Assembly (NCBI GenBank): GCA_963665815.1
Contig: OY762463.1
Location: forward strand, 32,001 to 96,000
Direction of reading: 5' to 3'
DNA length: 64,000 bases
Origin: Candidatus Cloacimonadales bacterium
GTDB taxonomy: Bacteria > Cloacimonadota > Cloacimonadia > Cloacimonadales > JAIOQZ01
Shown here piece by piece: positions 41,639 to 51,034 of this stretch (its first letter is position 1; every line of letters starts with the position of its first letter). A program made the position numbers and the translations under genes. Below the pieces are notes generated by a model. It was not told the DNA's origin. It saw only the letters and a list, made by a program, of their open reading frames with translations, and did no database searches.

Positions 41639-42298
41639 ATGTACAGATTGATAATGTTTGATATAAATGGTACATTAATAAAACGCGACTCACGCACTGA
41701 CCTGCCTTTTGAGCATGCGGTAAATCAACTGCTGAACATTACCAACGCTCTGGAGGGAGTGAATACTTCCGCCCGTTCCGATAAAGATGTACTGATGGAG
41801 ATTCTCCAAAAGCACGGATTTGAGTTCTCAGAGAGCCTTTGGCAAGAGTTTCTGGTGTTGTACAGGAAGCAGTTGGAAGCCTTTAAGGATACGGATGTCT
41901 GGCGGGAGAACTCCACGGCTGTGTCATTTGTGAAGTCTTTACAGGAAAAGGGTTACCCTATGGTATTGATAACCGGGGAGCTGAGTATCGGGGCAGAATA
42001 TAAGCTCTCCAAGCTGGGGATCTGGAATTGCTTTGCCACAGGCGGATATGGGGAAGACGGTCTTAAACGCTTTGATATAGCTGAGACAGCTCTCAGAAAA
42101 GCAAAAGAGCACTACGGAACAGATTTTGAGGACATCACGATAATCGGTGATACAATTCTTGATATCAAGACTGCTAGACATCTCGGAGCAAAAGTAATAT
42201 CTATTACAACCGGGTCGAACACGAGAGACGAACTGGCAGAGCATGAGCCGGATATGATAATTGATGGATTTGAGGAAGTAGGGGATAGTTTGCAATAA
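41639..42298 (+). CDS. HAD-superfamily hydrolase
   Basis: FDINGTL motif I, LITG motif II, IIGDTILD motif IV. Confidence 0.88.
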   Translation: MYRLIMFDINGTLIKRDSRTDLPFEHAVNQLLNITNALEGVNTSARSDKDVLMEILQKHGFEFSESLWQEFLVLYRKQLEAFKDTDVWRENSTAVSFVKSLQEKGYPMVLITGELSIGAEYKLSKLGIWNCFATGGYGEDGLKRFDIAETALRKAKEHYGTDFEDITIIGDTILDIKTARHLGAKVISITTGSNTRDELAEHEPDMIIDGFEEVGDSLQ

Positions 42299-42328
42299 AA
42301 AAGCAGAGCTTAGAAAACTCTGCTTTGT
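42299..42328. terminator. terminator hairpin between convergent genes
   Basis: AAAGCAGAG-cttagaaaa-CTCTGCTTT. Confidence 0.6.
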
Positions 42329-42341
42329 AGAAAGATATATT

Positions 42342-43460
42342 TTATCTGTTAAAGTATTCTTTTATGGTGTCGCAAACGTATCTAATCTGTTCTTCTGTAA
42401 TTTCAGGGAACATAGGCAGGGATACATTTCTACTTACAGTGTTTTCAGTAATCGGCAGGCTGCCTTTCTTGATATTCAGGTTAGCAAAGGCTTTTTGCAG
42501 GTGAACCGGCATTTTATAATGCAGGGCTGTTGCAATCCCTTTTGATTCCATGTATGCCATAAAGTCGTCTCGATTTTCCACAAGAATTACAAAGAGGTGA
42601 TATATAGGATCAATATTCTCTGGATTATATGGAAGCTGAATTTCTTTTACATCTGCCAGAAGTTCTTTATAGAGCTTTGCAGCTTGTTTTCTACTGTTGT
42701 TCCATTCATTAATGTGACGCAGCTTAATCTGCAGTGCAGCAGACTGCATAGCGTGCATTCTATGGGTTCTTCCCGGGAATTCATGAATATATTTCTCAAC
42801 AGAACCGTGATCTTTAAACATATCGCAAAATTCTGCAAATTCATCATTATTGGTTACAATTGCTCCACCTTCTCCGCAGGCACCAAGGTTTTTACCCGGG
42901 TAAAAGCTGTAGATAGTCGTGTCTGAGAACTCAGTTGTGGAACGCCATTTTCCATCAACTACAATACCTGAGCCGATTGACTGAGCAGCATCGTTGACTA
43001 TAATCAGATTGTGTTTATCAGCAATTTTACGAATTGTAACCAGATCAGCAGGTTGTCCGTAAAGGTTTACCGGCATAATTGCTTTTGTCGCAGGTGTAAT
43101 GTGCTTTTCTATTTCATTCGGATCAATATTCCATGTAGCGGGATCAATGTCTGCAAAAACAGGTTTTGCACCGGTAAAGTGAATACCTGCAACAGTAGCA
43201 ATAAATGTATTTGATGTTGTTACAACTTCATCGCCAGTACCAATACCTGCCGCTCTCAGCGCAATTTCTATTGCTGAAGTTCCTGAGTCCAGGGCAATTG
43301 CATGCTTTGTTCTGCTGAATTCAGCAAGATCAGCCTCGAACTCTTCTCCGGTCCTACCATGAACGAATTCGGTTCTGTTGTATAACTCTTCCCATTTGCT
43401 GAAGATTTCATTTTTCAGTTTTTCATGTTGGAATTTCAGTGTAACAAAAGGTACTTTCAT
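42342..43460 (-). CDS. DegT/DnrJ/EryC1/StrS-family PLP aminotransferase
   Basis: SGTSA, DAAQS, SFYPGKNLGACGEGG and YHLFV motifs. Confidence 0.94.
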   Translation of the reverse strand: MKVPFVTLKFQHEKLKNEIFSKWEELYNRTEFVHGRTGEEFEADLAEFSRTKHAIALDSGTSAIEIALRAAGIGTGDEVVTTSNTFIATVAGIHFTGAKPVFADIDPATWNIDPNEIEKHITPATKAIMPVNLYGQPADLVTIRKIADKHNLIIVNDAAQSIGSGIVVDGKWRSTTEFSDTTIYSFYPGKNLGACGEGGAIVTNNDEFAEFCDMFKDHGSVEKYIHEFPGRTHRMHAMQSAALQIKLRHINEWNNSRKQAAKLYKELLADVKEIQLPYNPENIDPIYHLFVILVENRDDFMAYMESKGIATALHYKMPVHLQKAFANLNIKKGSLPITENTVSRNVSLPMFPEITEEQIRYVCDTIKEYFNR

Positions 43461-43581
43461 ATCAACTCCATAGTTTTGTAATATGAATTATGTCTGAACA
43501 ATGACATAAGATTCAGTACTATAAAAAATAAACAAAAATACAGGTCAATCTATATATTTCAAATTTTGGAATCCCCCCGTT

Positions 43582-43812
43582 TTTTCTTGAAAATCTGACT
43601 TCAAGAAAATTGGAAGGATTTTTAGCAGACATTTCTTAGAAAAATGCACTATTCATTTTCTTTGGTGCCAAAGAAAACGAAACAAAAGAAAATGGAGAAG
43701 TTGATGAAATTGTAAATTTCATCGAAAAGCACTCTTTTTAAAATGTATTTCCAGTAAACTGGAACCATAAATTTTTCCTGAAATCCTTCCAAGGCTTCAG
43801 GATTTCTTAACG
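43582..43812. repeat. cluster of intergenic inverted repeats (REP/MITE-like)
   Basis: At least five hairpins, e.g. TTTTCTTTGG-tg-CCAAAGAAAA at 43656-43677. Confidence 0.5.
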
Positions 43813-44011
43813 GTTAAATTTATTATACAATAAAAAAGAGAAAATGCTATCATCAATGCAAAACAATCATACTTAGTTCAAAGCTATTACATTGATTCAT
43901 ATTTTCCACTGATTTACTGTTTCAATACTCTTATTTATAATAAGTTATACATACTTTGTATTTGGTTTTCGGGGGGGGGATGCCTAATATATTTCAAATT
44001 TTGGGTAAGAT

Positions 44012-44044
44012 AAAAGAAAACCTGTCGAAGGTCTCAACAGGTTT
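44012..44044 (-). terminator. intrinsic terminator
   Basis: Minus strand AAACCTGTTGA...TCGACAGGTTTTCTTTT. Confidence 0.6.
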
Positions 44045-44069
44045 AAGTATCATCAGAAAGTTATCGAAA

Positions 44070-44798
44070 CTATTTCATTCCATATTTCTCAAGAATTTTA
44101 TCGTAAGTACCGTTTTCTTTTATTGTTTTAAGACCTTTATTGAAATCGCTAATGATTTTTTTGGCATTTGGAATTGTTTTTGAAACAACTATATGAAGAT
44201 TATTCACCTGTAATGGTGGTTGAACGACATTAATCTTTGCGTATTGTTCCGGGAAATCCTGTTGGAGAATATGCAGCACAACCTCACGAGAGTTGGCAAT
44301 CAGATCAACGCGTTTGTTAAGAAGGAGTTTCAAGCTTGTTTTTGTGTCAGGACTAACCTCCTTGATAAGATATTCAGCTTTGTCAAATTCTTCAGTTGTA
44401 GAATAACCGCGGACAACACCGATCTTATAGTTTTTAAGGTCTTCCAGTTTTTTATACTTAATATTGTTTCCTTTTTGCTCAAAGAATACAACCTGAGTCT
44501 GAGTGATTGGTTCTGAATACTCAAAAATCTTAGCTCTGTCACTGTTGTAATAAGCTCCCATTAAAACCTGATAAGTTCCTCTTTCCGCTTCTGTGATAGC
44601 TCTTTTCCATGGCATCCAATTGTGTTGCAGGTCATGTCCGCTCGCTTTGAATGCTGCTTTCACTATCTGAGTCAGATAACCGTTGTCGGGGACTTTCTCT
44701 CCGTAGAATGGAGCCCATTCATCTGTTACAACGGTGTAAGTATCAGCAAATATGCTAAACGCAGAAACAATAAATAATACTGTCAGTAAATATTTCAT
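44070..44798 (-). CDS. family-3 extracellular solute-binding protein
   Basis: Signal peptide; WAPF, MPWKRA, IGVVRGY and FNKGL...G.YDKIL motifs. Confidence 0.88.
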   Translation of the reverse strand: MKYLLTVLFIVSAFSIFADTYTVVTDEWAPFYGEKVPDNGYLTQIVKAAFKASGHDLQHNWMPWKRAITEAERGTYQVLMGAYYNSDRAKIFEYSEPITQTQVVFFEQKGNNIKYKKLEDLKNYKIGVVRGYSTTEEFDKAEYLIKEVSPDTKTSLKLLLNKRVDLIANSREVVLHILQQDFPEQYAKINVVQPPLQVNNLHIVVSKTIPNAKKIISDFNKGLKTIKENGTYDKILEKYGMK

Positions 44799-44918
44799 AC
44801 TATCCTCCGGTTTGTTTGAATTACAATACATAATATAAAAGAATATCACTCAGAAAGCAATGTAAATGCATAAAAAAAAGGTGTGTATAAAGCGATTTGT
44901 GAGCTTGTTTTTAAATTT

Positions 44919-45734
44919 CTATTTCTTAATTCTTAAAATAATGTGATTTAAGAAAAATGCTGTTCCAATAACAATGATAATTGTTGCACCGGGAGGAATA
45001 GCAAGAGTGTGGCTGAGGAAGAAACCGATAAGCATGAATATCAGAGTGAAAATTATACTCTTTATAATCATCTGGCGAGTATTTATTGAGTATGATTTGG
45101 CTATTGTTGAAGGCAGGGACAATAAGGCAACAACCATGATGATACCTACTACTTTCTGTAGTGCAACGATGGATATTGCAATAAGCACCATAAGCAGCAG
45201 ATAGTAGAATGTAACATTAATCCCTGAAATACGGGCATATTCCTGATCAAAACAGATAGCTACAAGTTTCTTGTAAAACGCTGCTATAAGGGTTATTGAA
45301 ATGATTGTTACAGTAAAAAGAATATACAGACTTTGTGAATTGACCAGCAGGAGATTCCCGAAAAGATATGACATTAGATCAACGGAATATCCGGGTGTAA
45401 AATTGATAAAAATTATCCCGATTGCCATTCCTATTGCCCAGAAAGAACTGATAATGCTGTCACTGATACTGCTATGGTTCAAAGTTACTAATCCGATTAT
45501 TACTGCTGAAATAAATGCGAATACAAATGCTCCAATGTATAAGTTAAGACTGAGGAAATTGGCGATACCAATTCCACCAAGGATTGCATGAGCTATGGAA
45601 CCACTCATCATTGTGATTTTCTTGTTGACTACAAATGTTCCGATCAAGCCGCATAGAACGGACGCAGCAAGTATGGAATACAAAGCATTTTGCATAAACT
45701 GGTAATGGATTACTGAATGAATGAAGTTTGTCAT
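44919..45734 (-). CDS. znuB: Zn/Mn ABC transporter permease
   Basis: SIAHAILGG, SYLFGN, FDQEYA and VGIIMVVALL motifs. Confidence 0.88.
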   Translation of the reverse strand: MTNFIHSVIHYQFMQNALYSILAASVLCGLIGTFVVNKKITMMSGSIAHAILGGIGIANFLSLNLYIGAFVFAFISAVIIGLVTLNHSSISDSIISSFWAIGMAIGIIFINFTPGYSVDLMSYLFGNLLLVNSQSLYILFTVTIISITLIAAFYKKLVAICFDQEYARISGINVTFYYLLLMVLIAISIVALQKVVGIIMVVALLSLPSTIAKSYSINTRQMIIKSIIFTLIFMLIGFFLSHTLAIPPGATIIIVIGTAFFLNHIILRIKK

Positions 45735-45735
45735 A

Positions 45736-46464
45736 TTAAAGGTTACACCTGTGTTGAATCTGTTCTATAGTGTGATGATAGGTTTCTGCAATGTTTTCTA
45801 CTCTGATCTCGGAAGTGTTATGGACAGCAATATTTCTGTTTAAACACGCGACTCTTTTAACGAAACTGGATACAAAACTGATATCATGTGAAACAAGTAC
45901 AATGGTTTTTGATTCATTCAGCTCTCTAAGTGTTTCATAAATGGATTTCTCCGAACTGAAATCTACGCTTGCAGTGGGCTCATCAAGCAGGATAATTTCC
46001 GGATCACTGATAAGTGCACGACCTATGAGGACTCGTTGTTTCTGACCTCCGGATAATGAACCGAATCTGCTGAATCTCAGATCAGAAATCTTCAGCTTTT
46101 CCATAATATTATCCCTTCTGAACGCAATTTCCTTTTTCCCGATTGATGAAGACAGAACAGCTGATTCAAGGACATCCTGTACCTGAATAGGGAATGTATC
46201 ATCTATCTTGGAATATTGAGGGACATAACCAAACACACCGGAGCTTACTCTGTTCCGTCTTCCATTTACAAGGATTGATCCGGTGTCCGGCTTGAGAATA
46301 CCGAGCATCAGATTGAGCAGAGTTGTTTTACCTCCACCGTTTGGACCGATTATGCCCAGAAAATCAAGCTCAGGTATTTTTAGATTAATATCAGATAGTA
46401 CAGGTTTGTCTTTCAACCTATATGAGTAACTAACGTTACTGATTTCAATAATGTTTTTGCTCAT
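45736..46464 (-). CDS. znuC: Zn/Mn ABC transporter ATPase
   Basis: GPNGGGKTT, GYVPQ, LSGGQKQR, LDEPT and VSHD motifs. Confidence 0.9.
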   Translation of the reverse strand: MSKNIIEISNVSYSYRLKDKPVLSDINLKIPELDFLGIIGPNGGGKTTLLNLMLGILKPDTGSILVNGRRNRVSSGVFGYVPQYSKIDDTFPIQVQDVLESAVLSSSIGKKEIAFRRDNIMEKLKISDLRFSRFGSLSGGQKQRVLIGRALISDPEIILLDEPTASVDFSSEKSIYETLRELNESKTIVLVSHDISFVSSFVKRVACLNRNIAVHNTSEIRVENIAETYHHTIEQIQHRCNL

Positions 46465-47411
46465 TGGGTGAGTGCTTCCTTGAATATCCCGCTAATTTTA
46501 CTGATATTTTCCAGGTAATTATATGCAAGGGGATCAATTATAATGACTTTACCATCGATTTCTCCGGCAATACTTTTGGCGACAGATGAATCAAATTGCT
46601 TCTGTATGAAAATCACCTTAATATTGTTTTCTTTAAGCAGTTTGATAATTTCAGTAGTTTCTTTACTGTTGGGTGTTTTTCCTGAAATTTCTATTGGTAT
46701 CTGCTTCAGGTTGAAATCTCTGGCAAAATATCCCCATGATGGATGAAATACGGCAAAAGATCGTACTTCCAACTCTTCAAGATTGTTTTTTATTTCCAGC
46801 TCAATATCATTGATTTTTTTCAGGAAAGAATCGAAGTTTTTCTCATATATGTCTTTGTTCTCGAAATCTAATTCTATCAAGGAATTCAGTATTGTTTTAA
46901 GTTGAATTCTTACTAACTTAGGCGAAAGCCATATATGTGGATCAAGTTCTCCATGTTCATGCATATGTCCATTTGAATGATGATCGTGTTCTTCATGATC
47001 AACATTTTTTTCGTGATTATCAATATGATGATCAGACATAGCATCGATTATCTCTTCAAAGCTTTGCATGGGTTGTCGTTCAATTTCTTCATCAGTTGGA
47101 ACTACCTTTGTGCTTTTCAGCAATGCCTGAGCATTGTTGAGGAAGTTTTTTTCGTAAGGAACACCTATTGTAAAAAAAAGTGCAGCATCCTGCAATTTCT
47201 GGAACTGCTGTGGAGTAGGTTCATAAACTGCCGGGCTGTATCCCGGCTTAACCAGAGTTTCGACATTCCATAGATCACCGGTTATCTGTTCAACAAAATA
47301 CTTTTGCGGAAGTATACTCACAAATATTGTTTTATTATCTGAATGCACTTTTTTTGTGCAGCCTGTGACTGTAATAAGAGTTACCAGTAAAACTAATCCG
47401 AGTTTTCGCAT
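46461..47411 (-). CDS. znuA: Zn ABC substrate-binding lipoprotein
   Basis: YEPTP, His-rich loop, DPHIWLSP and FHPSWGYF motifs. Confidence 0.9.
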   Translation of the reverse strand: MRKLGLVLLVTLITVTGCTKKVHSDNKTIFVSILPQKYFVEQITGDLWNVETLVKPGYSPAVYEPTPQQFQKLQDAALFFTIGVPYEKNFLNNAQALLKSTKVVPTDEEIERQPMQSFEEIIDAMSDHHIDNHEKNVDHEEHDHHSNGHMHEHGELDPHIWLSPKLVRIQLKTILNSLIELDFENKDIYEKNFDSFLKKINDIELEIKNNLEELEVRSFAVFHPSWGYFARDFNLKQIPIEISGKTPNSKETTEIIKLLKENNIKVIFIQKQFDSSVAKSIAGEIDGKVIIIDPLAYNYLENISKISGIFKEALTQ

Positions 47412-47839
47412 GATTCACACACTCCTTTGATTACAAGATTTATGTCTTCTATGTTAAAATTATTCAATTGAGAAAACAGGGAGAATGTTTCCCTTATGCT
47501 GAATGGAGCAAGACAGATAACTTTTCCGCATTTCCTGCAGAAAAAGTGCGAATGAGAAGGCATACTGTTCAGTGACAGACCATAGTAGTGTTCACCTGCT
47601 ATACTGCTGATTTCCTTAATGACACCAATACGGCTCAGTATTCCGATAAACCTGTATATTGTTGATTGATCAATATCACTGATATTTTTATCTTCCTGCA
47701 AACTATTTGCAATTGCATCGGAAAGCATCTGAACAGAAAAACATGAATGAAGATCTAATATATGCTCTACAATAAGCTGTCTTTTCTCGGTATACCTGAT
47801 CTTATTTTCTCTTAAAATATCTATTATTTCTTTTTTCAT
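47393..47839 (-). CDS. Fur-family regulator (Zur-like)
   Basis: STIYR, HSHFFCRKCG and GVCESC motifs; first gene of the znu operon. Confidence 0.85.
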   Translation of the reverse strand: MKKEIIDILRENKIRYTEKRQLIVEHILDLHSCFSVQMLSDAIANSLQEDKNISDIDQSTIYRFIGILSRIGVIKEISSIAGEHYYGLSLNSMPSHSHFFCRKCGKVICLAPFSIRETFSLFSQLNNFNIEDINLVIKGVCESCENSD

Positions 47840-47858
47840 GATGACAATATACATAAAA

Positions 47859-47873
47859 TGCAAATGGCTTGCA
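47859..47873. promoter_or_regulatory. candidate Zur operator
   Basis: TGCAA-atggc-TTGCA palindrome 20 bp upstream of the regulator start. Confidence 0.55.
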
Positions 47874-48067
47874 AGAAAATTGTTTCGATAAACATGATAA
47901 ATTTACTAAATTTAGACATGGTACAGAATATGGGGTAGACTCACATTAATAAACACAAGTTACCATATTAACAATCATTATGAATAATAAACTATACAAA
48001 ATAATCATAGATTCTTATAAAAGAAAAGAAGATAAAAAAGAATGAAATTGAAATATGATTACTTGCA

Positions 48068-48747
48068 GTGTTTCAAAAGTTAATACAAGAAGTATTGTCT
48101 AAACTTGTTACTTTGGTACACGAAGAAGGGGAAAATATGAGAGACTGTTTGTTTGATGAAACCCCAATAGAAGATCTTACAGGTGATTTTGAAGGCGGTA
48201 AGATTCTTGACTATATAGGTAGACATAAAAGAGATCAAAGATTAGTTAATCTGTTTAAGAATAGTTCCTTAAATTTCATAAAAGATAAATATTATGGATA
48301 CGTTTCGAAAGATGAAACTGTAACAATAAAGTTATCTAAAGATTCGTATGGTAGTTATATATGTATTAGAAAAGGATTTAAGAGAAAAGTAACTGGCAAT
48401 GTCATTCTGGAAAATATACTTTCATGTAATAATCTTAAATACTCAAAATACAGGAATGAATACTTTGTATCTTACAAGAATTATAAATTAAATATAAATA
48501 TGAAGAATAATAATGAAATTGATTCATTGATTATCTATCTAAGGAATCTTTTTCTGTCAAAAAACTTAATGTGAATAATGTTGTTGTTAATATTGAGTCA
48601 AAATCTACAGTCGAAGGATATCAAGTAGAATTATATCCAGTAAATTCATCAAACGATGGAAAAGTAGAAGTCAGTGCAAATCTTTCTTTTAAAGATTCAG
48701 AAGAAAGCGATTATGCAATTGTTGTTTATAGAAAACCGATATATTAA
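48068..48747 (+). pseudogene. deleted and frameshifted paralogue of the two downstream genes
   Basis: GDFEGGKILDYIGRH module joined at IIYL to the shared C-terminal domain; 1-bp deletion near 48543 (AAGG here, AAGGG at 50821); the shifted frame ends YRKPIY* at 48747. Confidence 0.75.
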
Positions 48748-48757
48748 GGAAAAGTAA

Positions 48758-51028
48758 ATGAGTAAAAAAGAATCTATGAAATTCAGAATATTTAATGTTA
48801 AGAAATCTATTGTTGCAATTATTTTCCTTATAGCTTTTTCAGTGATAAGCATTTCAGCAAAAGAGAATATAGAACAATACACTTTTGATGAATTAGTTGA
48901 ATTGTTAAACAAAAATCAAAAGGATTCTGTAGTAAAATCAGTTTTAAAAAATAGAAACTACAAATTCAAATATGACAAAAAAAACAGGTTTTGGACATCA
49001 GAGAAAAAAGGTGTCAGAATCGGGGTAAATAGTAGTAAACGAGTGATAAAAGTAGAATTCTCATTCCGTTCTTTTGGAGAAAAATATTCAGGTGATTTAC
49101 CCAAAGAAAGCAATGAAAAAACATTGATGGAGAATTTTGACTGGTATAAAGACAGTAAAACCAAATACCATACAAAATATGAAAATAATCTTCTGTTCAC
49201 TTTAAATGTGATGTATGGTAACGACAATAACACTTTGCTGAAACACCTTACTGTAGAAAAATCTTATGAAGAATGGGTAAATCGTCCTCCAATGCAGAAT
49301 TTTGCTGTTGATGATAGAAATCCTGCCGACATAGAAGGTGATTTTGAAGGTGATAAGATTCTTGATTATATCGGACGGCATATTAACGATCCGGTTTTAG
49401 ATGATTTATTAAAATACAGTCCGCTTGAATTTACTCAAAATAGGAGTGGAACTTATACAAATAAAAAAAGGAATGTATATATATTCTTTTCAAAAGAGAT
49501 GTTTGTAAATGAGATAAGAATTGATAAAGGCTTTGAAAATTTGGTCCCCGGAAATATAAAATTTGAAAATCTTCTTTCAAACAAAAATTGGGATTATCCA
49601 AACACTTATAATTCTTATGACATCAAATATAAAAACTATTTATTTTCTATTAAGAAGTTTCCTAATAATGCTATCAGATGGTTGAAAATTACACCCACAG
49701 AATTTACCAAAAAAAAGGGAGAAGCAATAGTTTTGGTATCAAAATTCGAAAGTATAAAATTGGAAGGAGATGTTTTTCTTCAATTGTTAGGTTTATCTAT
49801 CAAAAGCAAATTTGTAGAATATTTACTGGAAAAATACAATTTTACTAAAAATGGAGAAACATATTACAAATCAGAGTCTCTGGGAGTTTCTATCTTTGTA
49901 AGAAGAAAATCTAAAGCAATAAAAGAAATTTCTGCAAACAATAGTGATGGAGCTTATTTCAAAGGAACTCTTCCATATAATCTTACATTCGATTCATTTC
50001 TTGATGGAAGTGACTTAGAGTTTAGGAAAACAGATTATGCTTATGAGGCTTTTAAAGATGGATTTAAAACCTATGTGGCTTCAGATGATGGAAAAAATGT
50101 CGAGTTTATTGCTTTTTCAGATAATTATAATCCACTTGCATCAGACAGAATTTCTCACTCAATTGATGAAAAAGAATATAAGAATAAGAAAATTGAAGGT
50201 GATTTGCTCTTGAATCTGATTGGAGAAAGTGTTTACGATAACTTCGTTGATTTTTTATTTGATGAATATAAGTTTGAAAAAGGGATAGCACATGGATTTG
50301 AAGAAGTAAATGATCAGTATGATTCAGAATCACTAGGACTATCCTTCTTAACAAGCAAAAAAACAAAAGTAATTGAGAGAATTGTCATCAAAAATACTGA
50401 AGAAGGAAAGTTTGTGGGTAAACTTCCTTTTGATATTAAAATGGATTCATTTTTGTCAAATACTAGTGTTAATTTCCAAAAGATTAATGATATTTATGGT
50501 GCGAAAAAGTATGGTTATCTATTCTTGGTAAACTCAAATGATGGGAAAAAGGCTGATCAACTTCTGTTCCAAAGTATTGTAGAATCAGATAAACCAAATA
50601 CTGTTGCAGAAAATTTAGACTCAGACTCAAATTCAAAAAATACAACACCTCAAAATATAGATCATTTAATTCGTGAATTTGCCAGTAGTTTAAATGTAGA
50701 AGGCTGGTATTTAGTTACAAAGAAGATTGATAGCTCAATTAAAGGTGTTAATAATTATTATTCAAGTGTTGAGTTTGGCTCTTGGTCAAACAATTTATAT
50801 ATCATTCAGATTATCTATCTAAGGGAATCTGTTTCTGTCAAAAAACTTAAAGTGAATGATGTTGTTATTAATATGGAGTCAAAATCTACAGTCGAAGGAT
50901 ATCAAGTCGAATTATATCCAGTAAATTCATCAAACGATGGAAAAGTAAAAGTCAGTGCAAATCTTTCTTTTAAAGATTCAGAAGAAAGCGATTATGCAAT
51001 TGTTGTTTATAGGAAACCAGTTTATTAG
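48758..51028 (+). CDS. secreted modular hypothetical protein (4 repeat modules plus conserved C-terminal domain)
   Basis: Signal-like leader; recurring EGD..L.LIG...G.LP modules; C-terminus nearly identical to the next gene. Confidence 0.8.
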   Translation: MSKKESMKFRIFNVKKSIVAIIFLIAFSVISISAKENIEQYTFDELVELLNKNQKDSVVKSVLKNRNYKFKYDKKNRFWTSEKKGVRIGVNSSKRVIKVEFSFRSFGEKYSGDLPKESNEKTLMENFDWYKDSKTKYHTKYENNLLFTLNVMYGNDNNTLLKHLTVEKSYEEWVNRPPMQNFAVDDRNPADIEGDFEGDKILDYIGRHINDPVLDDLLKYSPLEFTQNRSGTYTNKKRNVYIFFSKEMFVNEIRIDKGFENLVPGNIKFENLLSNKNWDYPNTYNSYDIKYKNYLFSIKKFPNNAIRWLKITPTEFTKKKGEAIVLVSKFESIKLEGDVFLQLLGLSIKSKFVEYLLEKYNFTKNGETYYKSESLGVSIFVRRKSKAIKEISANNSDGAYFKGTLPYNLTFDSFLDGSDLEFRKTDYAYEAFKDGFKTYVASDDGKNVEFIAFSDNYNPLASDRISHSIDEKEYKNKKIEGDLLLNLIGESVYDNFVDFLFDEYKFEKGIAHGFEEVNDQYDSESLGLSFLTSKKTKVIERIVIKNTEEGKFVGKLPFDIKMDSFLSNTSVNFQKINDIYGAKKYGYLFLVNSNDGKKADQLLFQSIVESDKPNTVAENLDSDSNSKNTTPQNIDHLIREFASSLNVEGWYLVTKKIDSSIKGVNNYYSSVEFGSWSNNLYIIQIIYLRESVSVKKLKVNDVVINMESKSTVEGYQVELYPVNSSNDGKVKVSANLSFKDSEESDYAIVVYRKPVY

Positions 51029-51034
51029 GAGTAG

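Noticed and set aside
41639-41680. HAD motif I reading DxN rather than DxD as a sign of inactivation
   Set aside because: The nucleophile Asp and the other motifs are intact; a single substitution is too weak to interpret.
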